Shown here: piece by piece, positions 35,298 through 47,080 of the stretch
Layout of the letters: each line of letters starts with the position of its first letter
How positions within the stretch are numbered: position 1 is the stretch's first letter
Source: Brevundimonas sp.
Lineage (GTDB): Bacteria; Pseudomonadota; Alphaproteobacteria; Caulobacterales; Caulobacteraceae
DNA: 64,000 nt
Reading direction: 5' to 3'
Assembly: GCF_035626535.1 (NCBI RefSeq)
Contig: NZ_DASPNO010000053.1
Coordinates: 12,994 to 76,993 of the forward strand
Notes under the pieces: generated by a model
What the model was told of the DNA's origin: nothing
Seen by the model: the letters and a program-made list of their open reading frames with translations, nothing else
Database searches by the model: none
Position numbers and translations under genes: made by a program

Positions 35298-36283
35298 CCG
35301 GGCCCGCACGCCTTTCGCTCGTCCTCGCCGCGCTGATCGCGCTGGCGGGGCTGGCGGCTGTCCTGTTCGGCGAAACGGCCTTTGACGCGGTTCAGCTGGG
35401 ACAGGCCTTCACCGATCCATCGTCCGGACCGGCGGAGGTGATGTGGACGGTAAGGGCGCCGCGTGCGGTCACCGCGTTGATGGTCGGGGCGGCGCTGGGG
35501 CTTTCCGGAGCCGTGATGCAGGGCCTGCTGAGGAATCCATTGGCGGATCCCGGCGTGCTGGGGGTGTCGGCCTTGGCGGCGCTGGGCGCAGCCGGCGCCA
35601 TCGTGCTGGGGTGGGCGGTGTTGCCCGGCGCCGTCGAAGTCGCCGCGCTGGCCGGCGCCGTTCTCGCCGGCGGCCTGCTGGTGCTGTTCTCGGCGCGGGT
35701 TCGCTCGCCCGAGGCCCTGATCCTGTTCGGCGTGGCGGTGTCCAGTTTCGCCGGCGCGGCGACGGCGCTGATCTTCAACCTGTCGCGATCCCCGATCGCC
35801 ACCGCCGAGGTGATGAACTGGCTGCTGGGGTCGGTGCAGAACCGCAGCTGGTTCGATGTGGCCTGGGTCACCCCGGCGGTTCTGGCGGCGGCGGCGCTGG
35901 CGGCGCTGGCGGCGCCCGGTTTGCGGATGCTCAGCCTCGGCGAGGAGACGGCGCGGACTTCGGGCCTGCCCATGGCCCGGCTTCGGCTGCTGGCCCTGCT
36001 GGCGACGGCTCTGGCCACCGGAGCCGCGGTGGCCGTGGCCGGTGTGATCGGTTTCGTCGGCCTCGCCGCGCCGCATCTGGTGCGAAGCGCGGTGCGCGGC
36101 GATCCCGCCCGCCTGCTCCTGCCGTCCGCTCTGGCCGGCGGGCTGATGCTGGTGCTGGCCGATCTGCTGGCGCGGCTGACGCCGACCGATCAGGAGCTGA
36201 AGCTGGGTGTGTTCACGGCCCTGGTCGGCGCGCCGCTGTTCGCTCTGATCGCGTGGCGGGCGGCGCGGGAGTGGCGGCTGTGA
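35294..36283 (+). CDS. FecCD/BtuC-family permease
   Basis: RAPRAVTA, QGLLRNPLADPGVLGVS, GVIGFVGLAAPH. Confidence 0.93.
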   Translation: MTGPARLSLVLAALIALAGLAAVLFGETAFDAVQLGQAFTDPSSGPAEVMWTVRAPRAVTALMVGAALGLSGAVMQGLLRNPLADPGVLGVSALAALGAAGAIVLGWAVLPGAVEVAALAGAVLAGGLLVLFSARVRSPEALILFGVAVSSFAGAATALIFNLSRSPIATAEVMNWLLGSVQNRSWFDVAWVTPAVLAAAALAALAAPGLRMLSLGEETARTSGLPMARLRLLALLATALATGAAVAVAGVIGFVGLAAPHLVRSAVRGDPARLLLPSALAGGLMLVLADLLARLTPTDQELKLGVFTALVGAPLFALIAWRAAREWRL

Positions 36284-37077
36284 CGCCGTCGCTGCTCATG
36301 CAGGACGCCGTCGCTCGACTGGGCGGGCGCGCCGTGCTCGACGGCGCCGGTCTGCAGGTGGGCGCCGGCGAACTCGCGGCGATCGTCGGACCCAATGGCG
36401 CCGGGAAGTCCAGCGTGATCCGCGCCTTCGCGGGACTGCTTCCATTGACGGGAGGCGTCGCCCGGCTCGGAGGCGATGACGTCGCGACCTTGTCGGCGCA
36501 GGAGCGGGCGGCGCGGGCGGCCTACCTGCCCCAGGAGCGGCGCATCGCCTGGAACCTGCCGGCGATCGAGGTCGCGGCGCTGGGCGCGCCCTTCCTCGCA
36601 GCGGAAGAAGCCCTGGACCGGGCTCGACGGGCGCTCGCCGACGTCGAGGCGGCCCATCTGGCGGACCGGGGGGTGGCGGAGATGTCGGGGGGCGAGCGGG
36701 CGCGGGTGCTGCTGGCGCGGGCCCTCGCCACGGACGCCCGGGCTCTGCTCGTCGACGAACCGATCGCCGGCCTGGACCCGGACGCCCAGTTGATGGTGCT
36801 TGAGCGGCTGCGCGCCCGCGCCAACGCCGGGCAGGCGGTGCTGGCCAGCCTCCACGACCTGCCGCTGGCGGCCAGGTTCGCCGACCGGGTGGTGGTGCTG
36901 CACCATGGCCGGGTGGTCGCCGACGCCCGCCCCCTGCAGGCGCTGACGACCGAGGTCCTCCAGGCGGTGTTCGGCCTCTCGGGCCGCTGGATCGACGGAC
37001 CCGACGGGCCGCTGCTGTCAGCTGGGCGCCGTCATTCCCCGCCCGTCGGATCCGTCATGGAGCCGCTGGAGACATAG
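36280..37077 (+). CDS. ABC transporter ATP-binding protein (BtuD/FecE-like)
   Basis: GPNGAGKS, MSGGE, LVDEP, HD. Confidence 0.93.
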   Translation: MTPSLLMQDAVARLGGRAVLDGAGLQVGAGELAAIVGPNGAGKSSVIRAFAGLLPLTGGVARLGGDDVATLSAQERAARAAYLPQERRIAWNLPAIEVAALGAPFLAAEEALDRARRALADVEAAHLADRGVAEMSGGERARVLLARALATDARALLVDEPIAGLDPDAQLMVLERLRARANAGQAVLASLHDLPLAARFADRVVVLHHGRVVADARPLQALTTEVLQAVFGLSGRWIDGPDGPLLSAGRRHSPPVGSVMEPLET

Positions 37078-39119
37078 GGCTGCGGGCCCGCCGGCGCGCC
37101 GCGGCGCAGGTCGCTGGACAGGGTCAGCGGCGCCGATCCTCCGTTCAGCCGGGCCTTGTAGACCGACATATTTTCCATCACCCGCATCATGTAGTTGCGC
37201 GTCTCGGTGAAGGGCGCGCATTCGATGAAGTCGACGGGGTCGACCTGGCCGCCGCGGGGATCGCCGCAGCGGGCCACCCACTGCGGCGGGCGGGCCGGAC
37301 CGGCGTTGTAGGCGATCGTCGTCAGCAGCATGGACCCGCCGAAATCATTCATCAGATCCCCGAGATGGAAACTGCCCAGGGTCATGTTGAAGTCGCCGTC
37401 GTAAAGCCGCTCGTCCGAATAGGGCAGGCCCAGCTGACGCGCCACCGCCCGGCCAGTGGCCGGCACGAACTGCATCAAGCCGCGGGCGTTGGCGTGCGAC
37501 CGGGCGCGCGGATCGAAGCTGGATTCCTGGCGCGTGATGGCCTGGGTGAACTCCAGCGGGGCGGCGCCCGCGACCTGCGGCGGAATCCGGATCGGGTATT
37601 GCCGCTCAGGCATCAGGAAGCCGCGCTGGCTGGCGGCGCGGCCGACCATCATGGCCGTGAAGCCTTCGCCATAGGCTCGGGACAGGTCCATCAGCAGGGC
37701 GAGCTGCGCCGCATCCGGCAGATCGTCGTCCAGCTGATAGGCGAAGACGCGGAACAGGCTGGTCTCTCCTGTCTCGCCGAGGATCCGCAGGGCGCGAACG
37801 ACCTCGTTGGCTTCGAAGGCCGCGCGATCGGCCGCGGTCGGGACCGGGTCGGGGGGCAGGGTGAGGGTGGTCTGGCCGGCCTTCTCGGCCGCCAGCTGGC
37901 CGTAGAAGCTTTGGATGTGCTGCGCGCCGTTCCGGTAGAACTGGACCGCCGCCGGCGTATTGCCCCGGGCCTCCGCGGCGCGGCCCAGCCAGTACAGCGC
38001 CCGGCCTTGGGTGATCGGGGTCGAGGACGACTGTCGCAGGATCTCGAAATGGGTGCCGGCGCGGGCCGGGTCGTTCAGCTTGGTCAGGGCGACCCAGCCG
38101 GCGAAGAACTCCGCATCGACCTTGCGCTCGCCCGACGGAAAGCCGTGACCGGCCATGGAATCGTAAGCCGCCTGCCAGTTGCGGCGCTCCAGGGCGTCGA
38201 GGAAGTAGTTGCGCCGCTCGCTCCACAGCGTGTTCTGGCCCTCGGTGTGCAATGGCGCGGCCGGCAGGGCGGCCAGCAGGGCGAAGCCCTCGGACTGGCG
38301 GTTCTGCGAGCGCAGGATGCGGACCCGCTCCAGCACCACGGCCGGGTCCATCGCCTGCGACGGGGTCAGTCCGGCCACGACCGCGTCGGGACTGTAGGCG
38401 GAGCGCAGGGCCATCGCCGCCTCGGCCACCGCCCGCCGCTGCGGCGACACCATCTGCGTCATCGCCCGGGTCGCCGGGCCGTGCGGCCCCAGCAGCAGCA
38501 TGTTCAGCCGCGCCTCGTGGTCGGCTTGGGTCAGCCAGCCGCCCCAGCGCGTCAGGATCCGCGTCTGCAGCGGCTCGTCGAAGGAGCGGGTGCGCCACCA
38601 TTCGGTGATGAGGGCGCGGGCCTCGTCCCGGCGGCCGCGCTGTTCCAGCGCATCGGTCAGGGCGATGGCGCCCTCGGTCGTCGTCGGCGCCGAGCGGGCG
38701 AACAGGGCGAGGGCCGCGTCCGGACCCGCGTAAGCGAGGTCGAGCGCGCGTTCGGCGGCCTCGCGCCGGCTCTCGGCCCGGGGCCAGCCGGCGAAGGCGG
38801 ACTGGGCGGCGGCGAGATCGCTGTACGGCAGTTGCGTCGCCGAGGTGTCGAGCAGGGCCCATTCAACCAGCTTGCGAGCGACCGGGTCGCCGATCTGCGC
38901 CGCGGTGGCGCGCGCGCCGACGACGTCGCGGGCCCGGGCCTGGGCCAGTCCCTGGCGGAAGAGGGCGGTGTCCTGATCGTTCAGGACCCGCGCCTGGACA
39001 CCCTGCGGCGCCACGGCCGAATACGGCGTTTCCTGCGGAACCAGCGTTTCGGGCGCGGGGGCGAGCAGAGCCAGGGCGGCCGCGAGACTGGTTGCGATCA
39101 TGCCGTGTCCGATCTCCAT
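37032..39119 (-). CDS. Soluble lytic transglycosylase (Slt70-like)
   Basis: ITRQESSF, ARGLMQF, AYNAG, IPF-like ETRNYM. Confidence 0.92.
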   Translation of the reverse strand: MEIGHGMIATSLAAALALLAPAPETLVPQETPYSAVAPQGVQARVLNDQDTALFRQGLAQARARDVVGARATAAQIGDPVARKLVEWALLDTSATQLPYSDLAAAQSAFAGWPRAESRREAAERALDLAYAGPDAALALFARSAPTTTEGAIALTDALEQRGRRDEARALITEWWRTRSFDEPLQTRILTRWGGWLTQADHEARLNMLLLGPHGPATRAMTQMVSPQRRAVAEAAMALRSAYSPDAVVAGLTPSQAMDPAVVLERVRILRSQNRQSEGFALLAALPAAPLHTEGQNTLWSERRNYFLDALERRNWQAAYDSMAGHGFPSGERKVDAEFFAGWVALTKLNDPARAGTHFEILRQSSSTPITQGRALYWLGRAAEARGNTPAAVQFYRNGAQHIQSFYGQLAAEKAGQTTLTLPPDPVPTAADRAAFEANEVVRALRILGETGETSLFRVFAYQLDDDLPDAAQLALLMDLSRAYGEGFTAMMVGRAASQRGFLMPERQYPIRIPPQVAGAAPLEFTQAITRQESSFDPRARSHANARGLMQFVPATGRAVARQLGLPYSDERLYDGDFNMTLGSFHLGDLMNDFGGSMLLTTIAYNAGPARPPQWVARCGDPRGGQVDPVDFIECAPFTETRNYMMRVMENMSVYKARLNGGSAPLTLSSDLRRGAPAGPQPYVSSGSMTDPTGGE

Positions 39120-39213
39120 TCCATGACGGTTGCGGCGGCGTCGCCGGCAACCTAACCTCCCACGCTTCGCTTCGGGGCGCATCGCCCCTTTCCCACGCAG
39201 GACCATCGTTTCA

Positions 39214-40101
39214 ATGCCCGCCCCTTTGTTCAAGGGCGTGATCACCGCCCTGATCACACCACTTCGTGACGGAAAGGTGGACGAAGCCGCCTTCAGGGCG
39301 CTGCTGGAACGCCAGATCGCGGCCGGGGTTCACGGCGTCGTGCCGATGGGCACCACGGGCGAGAGCGCCTCGCTGCATCTCGACGAGCACAAGCGCGTCG
39401 TCGAATTGTGCGTCCAGGTCGCCGCCGGCCGCACGCGGGTCATCGCCGGCGCGGGTTCGTCGGCCACTGACAAATCGATCGATCTGGTCCGCCACGCCAA
39501 GACCGTCGGCGCGGACGGCGCGCTGGTCGTCACCCCCTACTACAACCGGCCCTCGCAGGCCGGTATGGCCGCGCATTTCGAGGCCATCGCCGAGGCGGTC
39601 CAGCTGCCCGTCGTGCTCTACAACGTGCCGGGCCGCACCGGCGTGGATCTGGCCAACGAGACGGTCGCCCGGCTGGCGGCGCATCCGAACATCGTCGGCA
39701 TCAAGGACGCCACCGGCGATCTGGCGCGGGTCAGCTGGATGCGGGCGAACATCCTCGACCAGCAGTTCGACCTGATTTCTGGCGACGATCCGAGCTACCT
39801 CGGCTACCACGCCCACGGCGGCGTCGGGGTGATCTCGGTGACGTCCAACGTCGCCCCGGAAGCCATGGTGGCCCTGCACGAGGCGGCCGCGGCCGGCGAC
39901 TATGCCACGGCCCGCCAGTGGCAGGACCGGCTGATCGGCCTGCACAAGGGGCTGTTCCTCGACAACTCGCCGTCGCCGACGAAGTACGCCCTGGCCCGGC
40001 TCGGCTTCTGCACCGAGGAGGTGCGCCTGCCGCTGGCCCCGACCAGCGACTCCGTGAAGCCGGCGATCGACCGGGCCATGGCGGAGGCGGGCGTCGCCTG
40101 A
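39214..40101 (+). CDS. dapA: 4-hydroxy-tetrahydrodipicolinate synthase
   Basis: [27 protein letters not shown]. Confidence 0.96.
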   Translation: MPAPLFKGVITALITPLRDGKVDEAAFRALLERQIAAGVHGVVPMGTTGESASLHLDEHKRVVELCVQVAAGRTRVIAGAGSSATDKSIDLVRHAKTVGADGALVVTPYYNRPSQAGMAAHFEAIAEAVQLPVVLYNVPGRTGVDLANETVARLAAHPNIVGIKDATGDLARVSWMRANILDQQFDLISGDDPSYLGYHAHGGVGVISVTSNVAPEAMVALHEAAAAGDYATARQWQDRLIGLHKGLFLDNSPSPTKYALARLGFCTEEVRLPLAPTSDSVKPAIDRAMAEAGVA

Positions 40102-40571
40102 TGGCCTCCGAGAAGCCGAAGACCAAACTCATCGCCGAGAACCGCCGGGCGAAATTCGACTATTTCCTCGAGGACTACACCGAGGCCGGGATCCAGCTGC
40201 TGGGCACCGAGATCAAGGCGCTGCGCGACGGCCGGGCCAATATCGCGGAATCCTACGCGGCGGTGGAGGGGCGCGAGATCGTTCTGATCAACGCAGACAT
40301 CCCGCCCTACAAACAGGCCAACCGCTTCAATCACGAGCCGCGCCGGCCGCGAAAGCTGCTGTTGCACCGCAAGCAGATCGACAAGATGATCGGCGCGGTC
40401 CAGCGCGACGGCCAGACCATCATCCCCGTCAAGCTGTACCTGAACGAGGCGGGCAAGGCGAAGCTGGAGATCGCCCTGGCCAAGGGCAAGAAGCTGCACG
40501 ACAAGCGCGAGGCCACGGCGCAGCGCGACTGGCAGCGCGACAAGGCGCGGCTGATGAAGGAACGCGGCTAG
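40101..40571 (+). CDS. smpB: SsrA-binding protein
   Basis: [30 protein letters not shown]. Confidence 0.97.
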   Translation: MASEKPKTKLIAENRRAKFDYFLEDYTEAGIQLLGTEIKALRDGRANIAESYAAVEGREIVLINADIPPYKQANRFNHEPRRPRKLLLHRKQIDKMIGAVQRDGQTIIPVKLYLNEAGKAKLEIALAKGKKLHDKREATAQRDWQRDKARLMKERG

Positions 40572-40771
40572 AGGCCCGAGGCGACCGGTTGCGCCTCCAG
40601 CACGCCCGGCATCGAAACCGCCGCCTGATCCGCGCCCCAGGGGCCGAGCGATGGCTGCGTCCATTGCTGGATCATCAGGGCCGCGAACGCGATGACGCCC
40701 GCAACCAGCAGCGCCCAGAGCGCCGCCTTCCGCTCTTCCGGAGTGAACGCACCCCGTTCCGTCCTACGCAT
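40568..40771 (-). CDS. Small membrane protein
   Basis: [18 protein letters not shown]; GGGAGG RBS. Confidence 0.6.
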   Translation of the reverse strand: MRRTERGAFTPEERKAALWALLVAGVIAFAALMIQQWTQPSLGPWGADQAAVSMPGVLEAQPVASGL

Positions 40772-40904
40772 GACAACCTCCCAGGTCCCGCTCGATCAAC
40801 GCGGGTTCGGCGACGCTGTTCCTGAGGATGGAGGCTACACCCGACGACCGCTGATTCGCGTGGCAGGGGAAACACAGTCCGGCGGCTGGGCGACCAATGT
40901 TCGA

Positions 40905-41549
40905 TCACGTTTCGATGAGCGCCCGGGCCCGCTCAAAGATGTCCTCGAACATCTCCGGGCTGAGCCGGCCCGTGTTCGTGTTGAGCCGGGAGCAGTGGTA
41001 GCTGTTCAAGAGCACATAGGGGCCGATCTGCGCCTGGGCTCCGTGGCCAGCCGGCATGGCGCTGGCGGGTTTGCCGAGCGCCTTCAGCACGTTGCGCCGC
41101 GATACGTCGCCCAGGGTGAGGATGACCCTGAGCCGGGGCAGGGCCGCCAGCCGCGACTGCAGGAACGGCCGGCAGGTCGCCTCCTCGACCGGCAGGGGCT
41201 TGTTGCCCGGCGGGGCGCAGCGGACCGCATTGGTGATCATGCAGTCGACCAGCTCCAGGTCGTCGTCGCCGTTCGGATCGTACCGGCCGCGCGCGAAGCC
41301 GGATTTCTGCAGGGTCTCGTAGAGCAGCCAGCCGGCGTGATCGCCGGTGAACGGCCGGCCGGTGCGGTTGGCCCCGGTGCGCCCCGGTGCGAGGCCGGCG
41401 ATCAGCAGGCGCGCCTGCGGGTCGCCGAACGACGGCGCCGCGCCGTTCCACCAGCCGGGGTTCTGCCGCGCATTCTCCAGCCGGTATTGGACCAGCCGCG
41501 GGCAGAGCGGGCAGTCACGCGGGGCCTCGGGCGGGTACGGCGGGATCAT
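40905..41549 (-). CDS. Uracil-DNA glycosylase superfamily (family 5-like, Fe-S)
   Basis: CPLCPRL, GLAPG, GANRTGRPFTGD, RCAPP, YHCS. Confidence 0.9.
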   Translation of the reverse strand: MIPPYPPEAPRDCPLCPRLVQYRLENARQNPGWWNGAAPSFGDPQARLLIAGLAPGRTGANRTGRPFTGDHAGWLLYETLQKSGFARGRYDPNGDDDLELVDCMITNAVRCAPPGNKPLPVEEATCRPFLQSRLAALPRLRVILTLGDVSRRNVLKALGKPASAMPAGHGAQAQIGPYVLLNSYHCSRLNTNTGRLSPEMFEDIFERARALIET

Positions 41550-42115
41550 TGATCGAACACCCGGGCGGACGGCGAGGCGCCGGGTGTCCGCGGCCGTCCG
41601 ATCTCCGGCAGCAGGTCGTTCAACTCCACGAAGGCGTCGGCCTGGCGCCTGAGCTCGTCAGCGATCTGCGGCGGCTGGCTCTTCATCGTCGAGACGACGG
41701 TGACCCGCACGCCCTTGGCCTGCACCGCCTGCACCAGCCGCCGAAAGTCGCCGTCGCCGCTGAACAGCACGACGTGATCCACGCGCGGCGCCAGCTCCAG
41801 CATGTCGACGGCGATCTCAATGTCCATATTGCCCTTGGTCCGCGAATGGCCCTGGGCGTCCGTGAACCGCTTCACCGGCTTGGTCACCACGGTGAAGCCG
41901 TTGTAGTCGAGCCAGTCGACCAGCGGCTTGATCGGCGAGAACTCTTCGCCCTCGATCACCGCCGTGAAATAATAGGCGCGAACCAGAACACCGTTTGCGC
42001 GATACATCTCCAGCAGCCGGCTGAAGTCGAGGTCGGCGTTCAGCGCCTTGGCGGCGGAATACAGGTTGGCCCCATCGATGAAGAGGGCGATGCGCTCGGT
42101 CGGATAAGGCGTCAT
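41546..42115 (-). CDS. NYN-domain (LabA/DUF88) protein
   Basis: FIDGANLY, KGNMDIEIAVD, SGDGDF, LRRQADAF. Confidence 0.92.
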   Translation of the reverse strand: MTPYPTERIALFIDGANLYSAAKALNADLDFSRLLEMYRANGVLVRAYYFTAVIEGEEFSPIKPLVDWLDYNGFTVVTKPVKRFTDAQGHSRTKGNMDIEIAVDMLELAPRVDHVVLFSGDGDFRRLVQAVQAKGVRVTVVSTMKSQPPQIADELRRQADAFVELNDLLPEIGRPRTPGASPSARVFDQ

Positions 42116-42134
42116 GGAAATCGGTCCCGAAAAT

Positions 42135-42671
42135 ATGGACGTCCCGGTCACCGTCGAAATGGACGGCGACGTCGATCTGGACGAGGCCGTCATCGTCGCG
42201 CTGGGCTGCAATGACAAGGGGGCCTGGCGGGATTGCCGCGAGGCGCTGGAGGCGGCGCTGGCCCGGTTCCGCTCCGAGGGGATTGATGTGGTGATGCGGT
42301 CGTCGTGGTGGCGTTCGGCCGCCTGGCCGGATCCGGACGAACCGCCGTTCCTGAACGGCGTGGTCGTGGTGCGCACGGCTCATGACCCGCACGGCCTGAT
42401 GGCGGCCCTGGGCCGGATCGAGGAGGCCTTCGGCCGGCGGCGCGGCGCGCGGAACGCCCCGCGCACCCTCGATCTCGACCTGATCGCCTACGGCCGGCTG
42501 AGCGGCGACCTCGACGGCCTGATCCTGCCCCACCCAAGGGCGGCGGAACGGAAGTTCGTGATGGGCCCGCTGGCGGAGATCGCGCCGGAGTGGGAACATC
42601 CCGACGGCGCCCATGCGGCCGAACTGGCGGAGAGGGCGACCATCGGGCAGGACGCGGCTCCAGCGCGCTGA
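42135..42671 (+). CDS. folK: 2-amino-4-hydroxy-6-hydroxymethyldihydropteridine diphosphokinase (start approximate)
   Basis: [26 protein letters not shown]. Confidence 0.92.
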   Translation: MDVPVTVEMDGDVDLDEAVIVALGCNDKGAWRDCREALEAALARFRSEGIDVVMRSSWWRSAAWPDPDEPPFLNGVVVVRTAHDPHGLMAALGRIEEAFGRRRGARNAPRTLDLDLIAYGRLSGDLDGLILPHPRAAERKFVMGPLAEIAPEWEHPDGAHAAELAERATIGQDAAPAR

Positions 42672-42756
42672 TCGCCTCATTCCCGCCTATGCGGCGTTGC
42701 ACAATGGCCTCCGACCCTATATTTTGTGCGGTTCTCCCCCGCGCTCGAGGAATTTC

Positions 42757-43116
42757 ATGGCCCGCGTCACTGTCGAAGACTGCATCGAGAAGGTGCCGAA
42801 CCGTTTTGGTCTGGTTCTGCTGGCCGGCCACCGCGCCCGCTCCATCGCCAACGGCGCGCCGCTGACCATCGATCGCGACAACGACAAGAACCCGGTCGTC
42901 GCCCTGCGCGAACTGGCGGAAGACACCGTCAGCCCGGACGAACTGCAGGAAAACATCGTCGTCACCCTGCAGCGCGTCGACGAGCGTACCGAAGCCGAGG
43001 ACGAGGCCGAGGTCGTGGCCCTGCTGGCCGAGCCGCAGCACATGAACATGGCGGAAGCCGAGCTGATCCGCGCGCTGCAAAGCGATCGCGACGGCGGCCA
43101 GGAGGAGCGGTACTGA
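42757..43116 (+). CDS. rpoZ: RNA polymerase omega subunit
   Basis: [29 protein letters not shown]. Confidence 0.97.
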   Translation: MARVTVEDCIEKVPNRFGLVLLAGHRARSIANGAPLTIDRDNDKNPVVALRELAEDTVSPDELQENIVVTLQRVDERTEAEDEAEVVALLAEPQHMNMAEAELIRALQSDRDGGQEERY

Positions 43117-45410
43117 CGGCCGAACCCGCCAAAGGTATCACCATCCTGCCGGCGCGGACCTCGCAGCCCGCGCCGTCTCTCAAAGCTGCCAATCTCAACG
43201 ACCCGGAGAACGACCGCTCCGCGGCCGAAGCGCCCGAGCCCTCGCGCGCCCGGGTGCTGCGGCAATTCGAGCTGGTCGAGGCCGTCCGGGCCTATGACCC
43301 GACCGCCGACGAGGGGCTTCTGAACCGCGCCTACGTCTATGCGATGAAGATGCACGGCTCGCAGCTGCGGGCCTCGGGCGACCCCTATTTCGCGCATCCG
43401 ATCCAGGTCGCCGGCATCCTGACCGACTACCGGCTCGACACCGCCACCATCGTCACCGCCCTGCTGCACGACGTGGTCGAGGACACCTCGGCCACCCGGG
43501 ACGATATCGCCGACATGTTCGGCGAGGAGATCGCCTCGCTGGTCGAGGGCGTCACCAAGCTGTCGCGGCTGGAGCTCCAGGCCGAGCACACGCGCCAGGC
43601 CGAGAACCTGCGCAAATTCATCCTCGCCATCTCGCGGGACGTGCGGGTGCTGCTGGTCAAGCTGGCCGACCGTCTGCACAACATGCGGACGCTGAAGCAT
43701 GTGAAGCCGGAGAAGCGCGAGCGGATCAGCCGCGAGACGCTCGAGGTCTATGCGCCGCTGGGCCGGTCGATCGGCATCCACTCGATCGCATCCGAACTGG
43801 AAGAACTGGCCTTCGAACACCTGAACCCGACCGCGCGCACCGCCATCGAGCGCCGGCTGGAGGCGCTGAAGCTCGAGCACGGCCGGGCCATCGACGGCGT
43901 CGCCCGCGAGGTCGAGCGGGTGCTGGAGGAGGCCGGCGTCCACGCCCGCGTGTTCGGCCGCCAGAAGACGCCGTATTCGATCTGGCGCAAGCTGCAGCGC
44001 AAGTCGGTCGGCTTCTCGTCCCTGTCGGACATCTACGGCTTCCGCGTCATCGTCGACGCCGAGGACGACTGCTACCGCGCCCTGGGCGTGATCCACCGCG
44101 CCTGGCCGATGGTGCCGGAGCGGTTCAAGGACTTCATCTCGACGCCGAAGTCGAACAACTACCGCTCCCTGCATACGACGGTGGTCGGCCCGTCAGGGCT
44201 GCGCATCGAGATGCAGATCCGCACCGACGCCATGGACCGCGTGGCCGAGGACGGGGTGGCGGCGCACTGGGCCTACAAGAACCAGTCCTACGGTTTCGAC
44301 AAGGAGGCCATGCAGAAGGACGGCGGGCGCGACCCGCTGCAGAACCTGCGCCACCTCGTACAGGTGATCGAGCACGGCGAGGGCGGCGAGGACTGGGTCG
44401 AGCACGCCAAGCTCGAGATGTATCTGGACCAGGTGTTCGTGTTCACGCCCAAGGGGGCGCTGATCACCCTGCCGCGCGGCGGCATGCCGCTGGACTTCGC
44501 CTACGCCGTGCACACCGAGGTCGGGGACACCGCCGTCGGGGCCAAGATCAACGGCGAGCTGAAGCCGATGCGGACCCAGCTTCAGAACGGCGACGTGGTC
44601 GAGATCGTGCGCGGCGCCAAGCGGGAAATCCCCGTCGACTGGCGCTCGCTGACCGTCACCGGCCGGGCCCGATCGGCCATCCGACGCCACATCCGCACCT
44701 CCGAGCGGGGCGAGTTCCAGAAGCTGGGCCGCGCCACCCTCGAGCAGACCCTGACCCGCGCCGGCAAGGCCGACGCCGAGGTCACCCTGCGCCCGGCTCT
44801 GGAGCAGCTCGGCTTCGCCCACGACGACGACCTGTACGAGGCTGTGGGACGCGGCCGGGTGTCGGCGGCCAAGGTCGGTGAAATCCTGTTCCCGGCCCTG
44901 AAGGGACGGCTTAAGGCGGGGCCGGACCGCAAGCGGATCGGCGACGAGCAGGGCCGCCTGTTCGTGCGCGGAGGCGGACTCACCCCGGGCGTCAGCGTTC
45001 ACTTCGGCCACTGCTGCTCGCCGGTGCCGGGCGACCGCATCGTCGGCATCCTCGAGCCCGAGTCCGGCCTGACCGTGCATACTATCGACTGCCAGCGGCT
45101 GGAGGAGTTCGCCGACGACGACTCGGTCTGGCAAGACCTGCAGTGGACTCCACAGGCCGAGCAGGGGGCCGTCGCCTCGGCCCGCATCCGGGCCACGATC
45201 AAGAACGCGCCGGGCGTGCTCGGCCAGGTGGCGACCATCATCGGCGAGGCCGGCGGCAACATCCTCAACCTGGTGATGAGCCACCGCCAGCAGGATTTCT
45301 TCGACGTCGACATCGACATGGAGGTCGAGGACGCCAAGCACGCCACCGCCATCATGGCCGCCCTGCGCACGAACCCGTCGGTCGATACGGTCGAGCGGGC
45401 GCGGGGCTGA
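43113..45410 (+). CDS. spoT: Bifunctional (p)ppGpp synthetase/hydrolase (start approximate)
   Basis: HD domain (ALLHDVVED), SYNTH (GRQK, YRSLHT, EMQIRT), TGS and ACT domains. Confidence 0.95.
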   Translation: MTAEPAKGITILPARTSQPAPSLKAANLNDPENDRSAAEAPEPSRARVLRQFELVEAVRAYDPTADEGLLNRAYVYAMKMHGSQLRASGDPYFAHPIQVAGILTDYRLDTATIVTALLHDVVEDTSATRDDIADMFGEEIASLVEGVTKLSRLELQAEHTRQAENLRKFILAISRDVRVLLVKLADRLHNMRTLKHVKPEKRERISRETLEVYAPLGRSIGIHSIASELEELAFEHLNPTARTAIERRLEALKLEHGRAIDGVAREVERVLEEAGVHARVFGRQKTPYSIWRKLQRKSVGFSSLSDIYGFRVIVDAEDDCYRALGVIHRAWPMVPERFKDFISTPKSNNYRSLHTTVVGPSGLRIEMQIRTDAMDRVAEDGVAAHWAYKNQSYGFDKEAMQKDGGRDPLQNLRHLVQVIEHGEGGEDWVEHAKLEMYLDQVFVFTPKGALITLPRGGMPLDFAYAVHTEVGDTAVGAKINGELKPMRTQLQNGDVVEIVRGAKREIPVDWRSLTVTGRARSAIRRHIRTSERGEFQKLGRATLEQTLTRAGKADAEVTLRPALEQLGFAHDDDLYEAVGRGRVSAAKVGEILFPALKGRLKAGPDRKRIGDEQGRLFVRGGGLTPGVSVHFGHCCSPVPGDRIVGILEPESGLTVHTIDCQRLEEFADDDSVWQDLQWTPQAEQGAVASARIRATIKNAPGVLGQVATIIGEAGGNILNLVMSHRQQDFFDVDIDMEVEDAKHATAIMAALRTNPSVDTVERARG

Positions 45411-45415
45411 TCCGG

Positions 45416-45748
45416 TTGGCGACGGTCCATTTCGTCAGGCCGTCCGACGGCAGGCGGCGCTACGTCAGCGGCCGCTGGCGGGTCTGGGGCGTCCTGTTCG
45501 GCGTTCCCGCCATGCTGTTCGCCGGTCTCTGGCTGCACGCCCTCATCGCGGCGATCGCCTCCATCGCGATCGGCTTTGCGACCGAGTTCGCCACAGGCCT
45601 GCGCGAGGGCGATCCCAACTACCTGATGACCTATGTGCCCGGCTGGATCGTCGTAATGGTCTATGGCGGCTTTATCCCGAGGCTCCGCATCCGTAAGTAC
45701 GAGCGGCTTGGATGGAAGCGAGTCGAGCCCGCCGATGAATTCGAATGA
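45416..45748 (+). CDS. Small membrane protein (DUF2628-like)
   Basis: TTG start; several TM segments; ends YERLGWKRV. Confidence 0.55.
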   Translation: MATVHFVRPSDGRRRYVSGRWRVWGVLFGVPAMLFAGLWLHALIAAIASIAIGFATEFATGLREGDPNYLMTYVPGWIVVMVYGGFIPRLRIRKYERLGWKRVEPADEFE

Positions 45749-46319
45749 CGTCCTGACCGAGTTCCGCGACGCGGGCGCCCTGCGCGAGGGGCATTTCGTG
45801 CTGTCCTCGGGCCTGCACAGCCCCGTCTTCCTGCAGAAGAACCTCGTGTTCATGGACGCGGCGCGCTGCGCCCGCCTGTGCAAGGCGCTGGCGGAGAAGA
45901 TCACAGCGGTCGCCGGCCCCGTGGACGTGGCCATTTCGCCGGCGGTCGGCGGCATCATCCCTGGCTATGAGACCGCCCGCTGGCTGGGCGTGCCGTCGAT
46001 GTACGTCGAGCGCGAGGGCGGCGAGTTCCGGCTGCGCCGCGGCTTCCACGTCGAGCCGGGCCAGAAGGTGGTCATGGTCGAGGACATCGTCACCACCGGC
46101 CTGAGCTCGCGCGAGTGCATCGCGGCGATCCGCGCGGCGGGCGGCGACGTCGTCGCGGCGGCCTGCATCGTCGATCGCTCGGGCGGCCGGGCCGATGTCG
46201 GCGTGCCGTTGGTGGCGCTGGCTACGCTGGACGTCCCCGCCTACGCCGCCGACGCCCTGCCACTGGAACTCGCCGCCCTGCCGGTCGAAGATCCCGGCAG
46301 CCGGCGACTGGCGAAATAA
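45735..46319 (+). CDS. pyrE: Orotate phosphoribosyltransferase
   Basis: [22 protein letters not shown]. Confidence 0.95.
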   Translation: MNSNDVLTEFRDAGALREGHFVLSSGLHSPVFLQKNLVFMDAARCARLCKALAEKITAVAGPVDVAISPAVGGIIPGYETARWLGVPSMYVEREGGEFRLRRGFHVEPGQKVVMVEDIVTTGLSSRECIAAIRAAGGDVVAAACIVDRSGGRADVGVPLVALATLDVPAYAADALPLELAALPVEDPGSRRLAK

Positions 46320-46330
46320 GGAGGCGCGCG

Positions 46331-47080
46331 GTGGTCTCGCCCGTCCGGCTCGGCGTCAACATCGACCACGTGGCGACGGTGCGGAACGCGCGCGGCGGCG
46401 TCCATCCCGACCCGGTCCGGGCCGCCCGCGAGGCGCTCGCCGCCGGGGCCGACGGCATCACCGCCCACCTGCGCGAGGACCGGCGGCACATTACCGACAC
46501 CGATATCGAGGCGCTGAGCGAACTCTGCGCCGTCGCGGGCCGGCCGCTGAACCTCGAGATGGCCGTCACCGACGAGATGCTGACCATCGCCCTGCGCCAC
46601 CGCCCGCACGCCGCCTGCCTGGTGCCGGAGCGTCGCGAGGAGGTGACCACGGAGGGCGGTCTCGCCGTCGCCGGTCACGAGGCGCGGATCGCGCCGGTGG
46701 CGAAGGCCCTGACCGGAACGGGCGTGCGGGTCTCCCTGTTCATCGAGCCGGCGCTGGAGCAGGTCGAGGCCGCCCGCGCCGTCGGCGCCCAGGTCGTCGA
46801 ATTCCACACCGGCCGCTACTGCCATCTGTCGGGCGACGCGCGCGCGGTCGAGTTCGCCAGGCTGCAGGCCGCCGCGAGCCGCGCCGCCGACCTCGGCCTC
46901 GAGGTCCACGCCGGCCATGGGCTGGACTACGGGACGGCGGCCGACATGCTGGCCATTCCGGAGGTCCGCGAACTGAACATAGGCCATTTCCTGGTAGGGG
47001 AAGCCGTGTTCGTCGGCCTGACCACGGCCATCCGCCGCATGCGCGCGGCGATGGACGCGGCCCAGGACTTTCCCCGGTGA
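46331..47080 (+). CDS. pdxJ: Pyridoxine 5'-phosphate synthase
   Basis: [35 protein letters not shown]. Confidence 0.97.
   Translation: MVSPVRLGVNIDHVATVRNARGGVHPDPVRAAREALAAGADGITAHLREDRRHITDTDIEALSELCAVAGRPLNLEMAVTDEMLTIALRHRPHAACLVPERREEVTTEGGLAVAGHEARIAPVAKALTGTGVRVSLFIEPALEQVEAARAVGAQVVEFHTGRYCHLSGDARAVEFARLQAAASRAADLGLEVHAGHGLDYGTAADMLAIPEVRELNIGHFLVGEAVFVGLTTAIRRMRAAMDAAQDFPR

Noticed and set aside
40572-40904. ssrA (tmRNA) expected near smpB
   Set aside because: No tRNA-like ends or tag frame seen; the region holds a small ORF and its leader.
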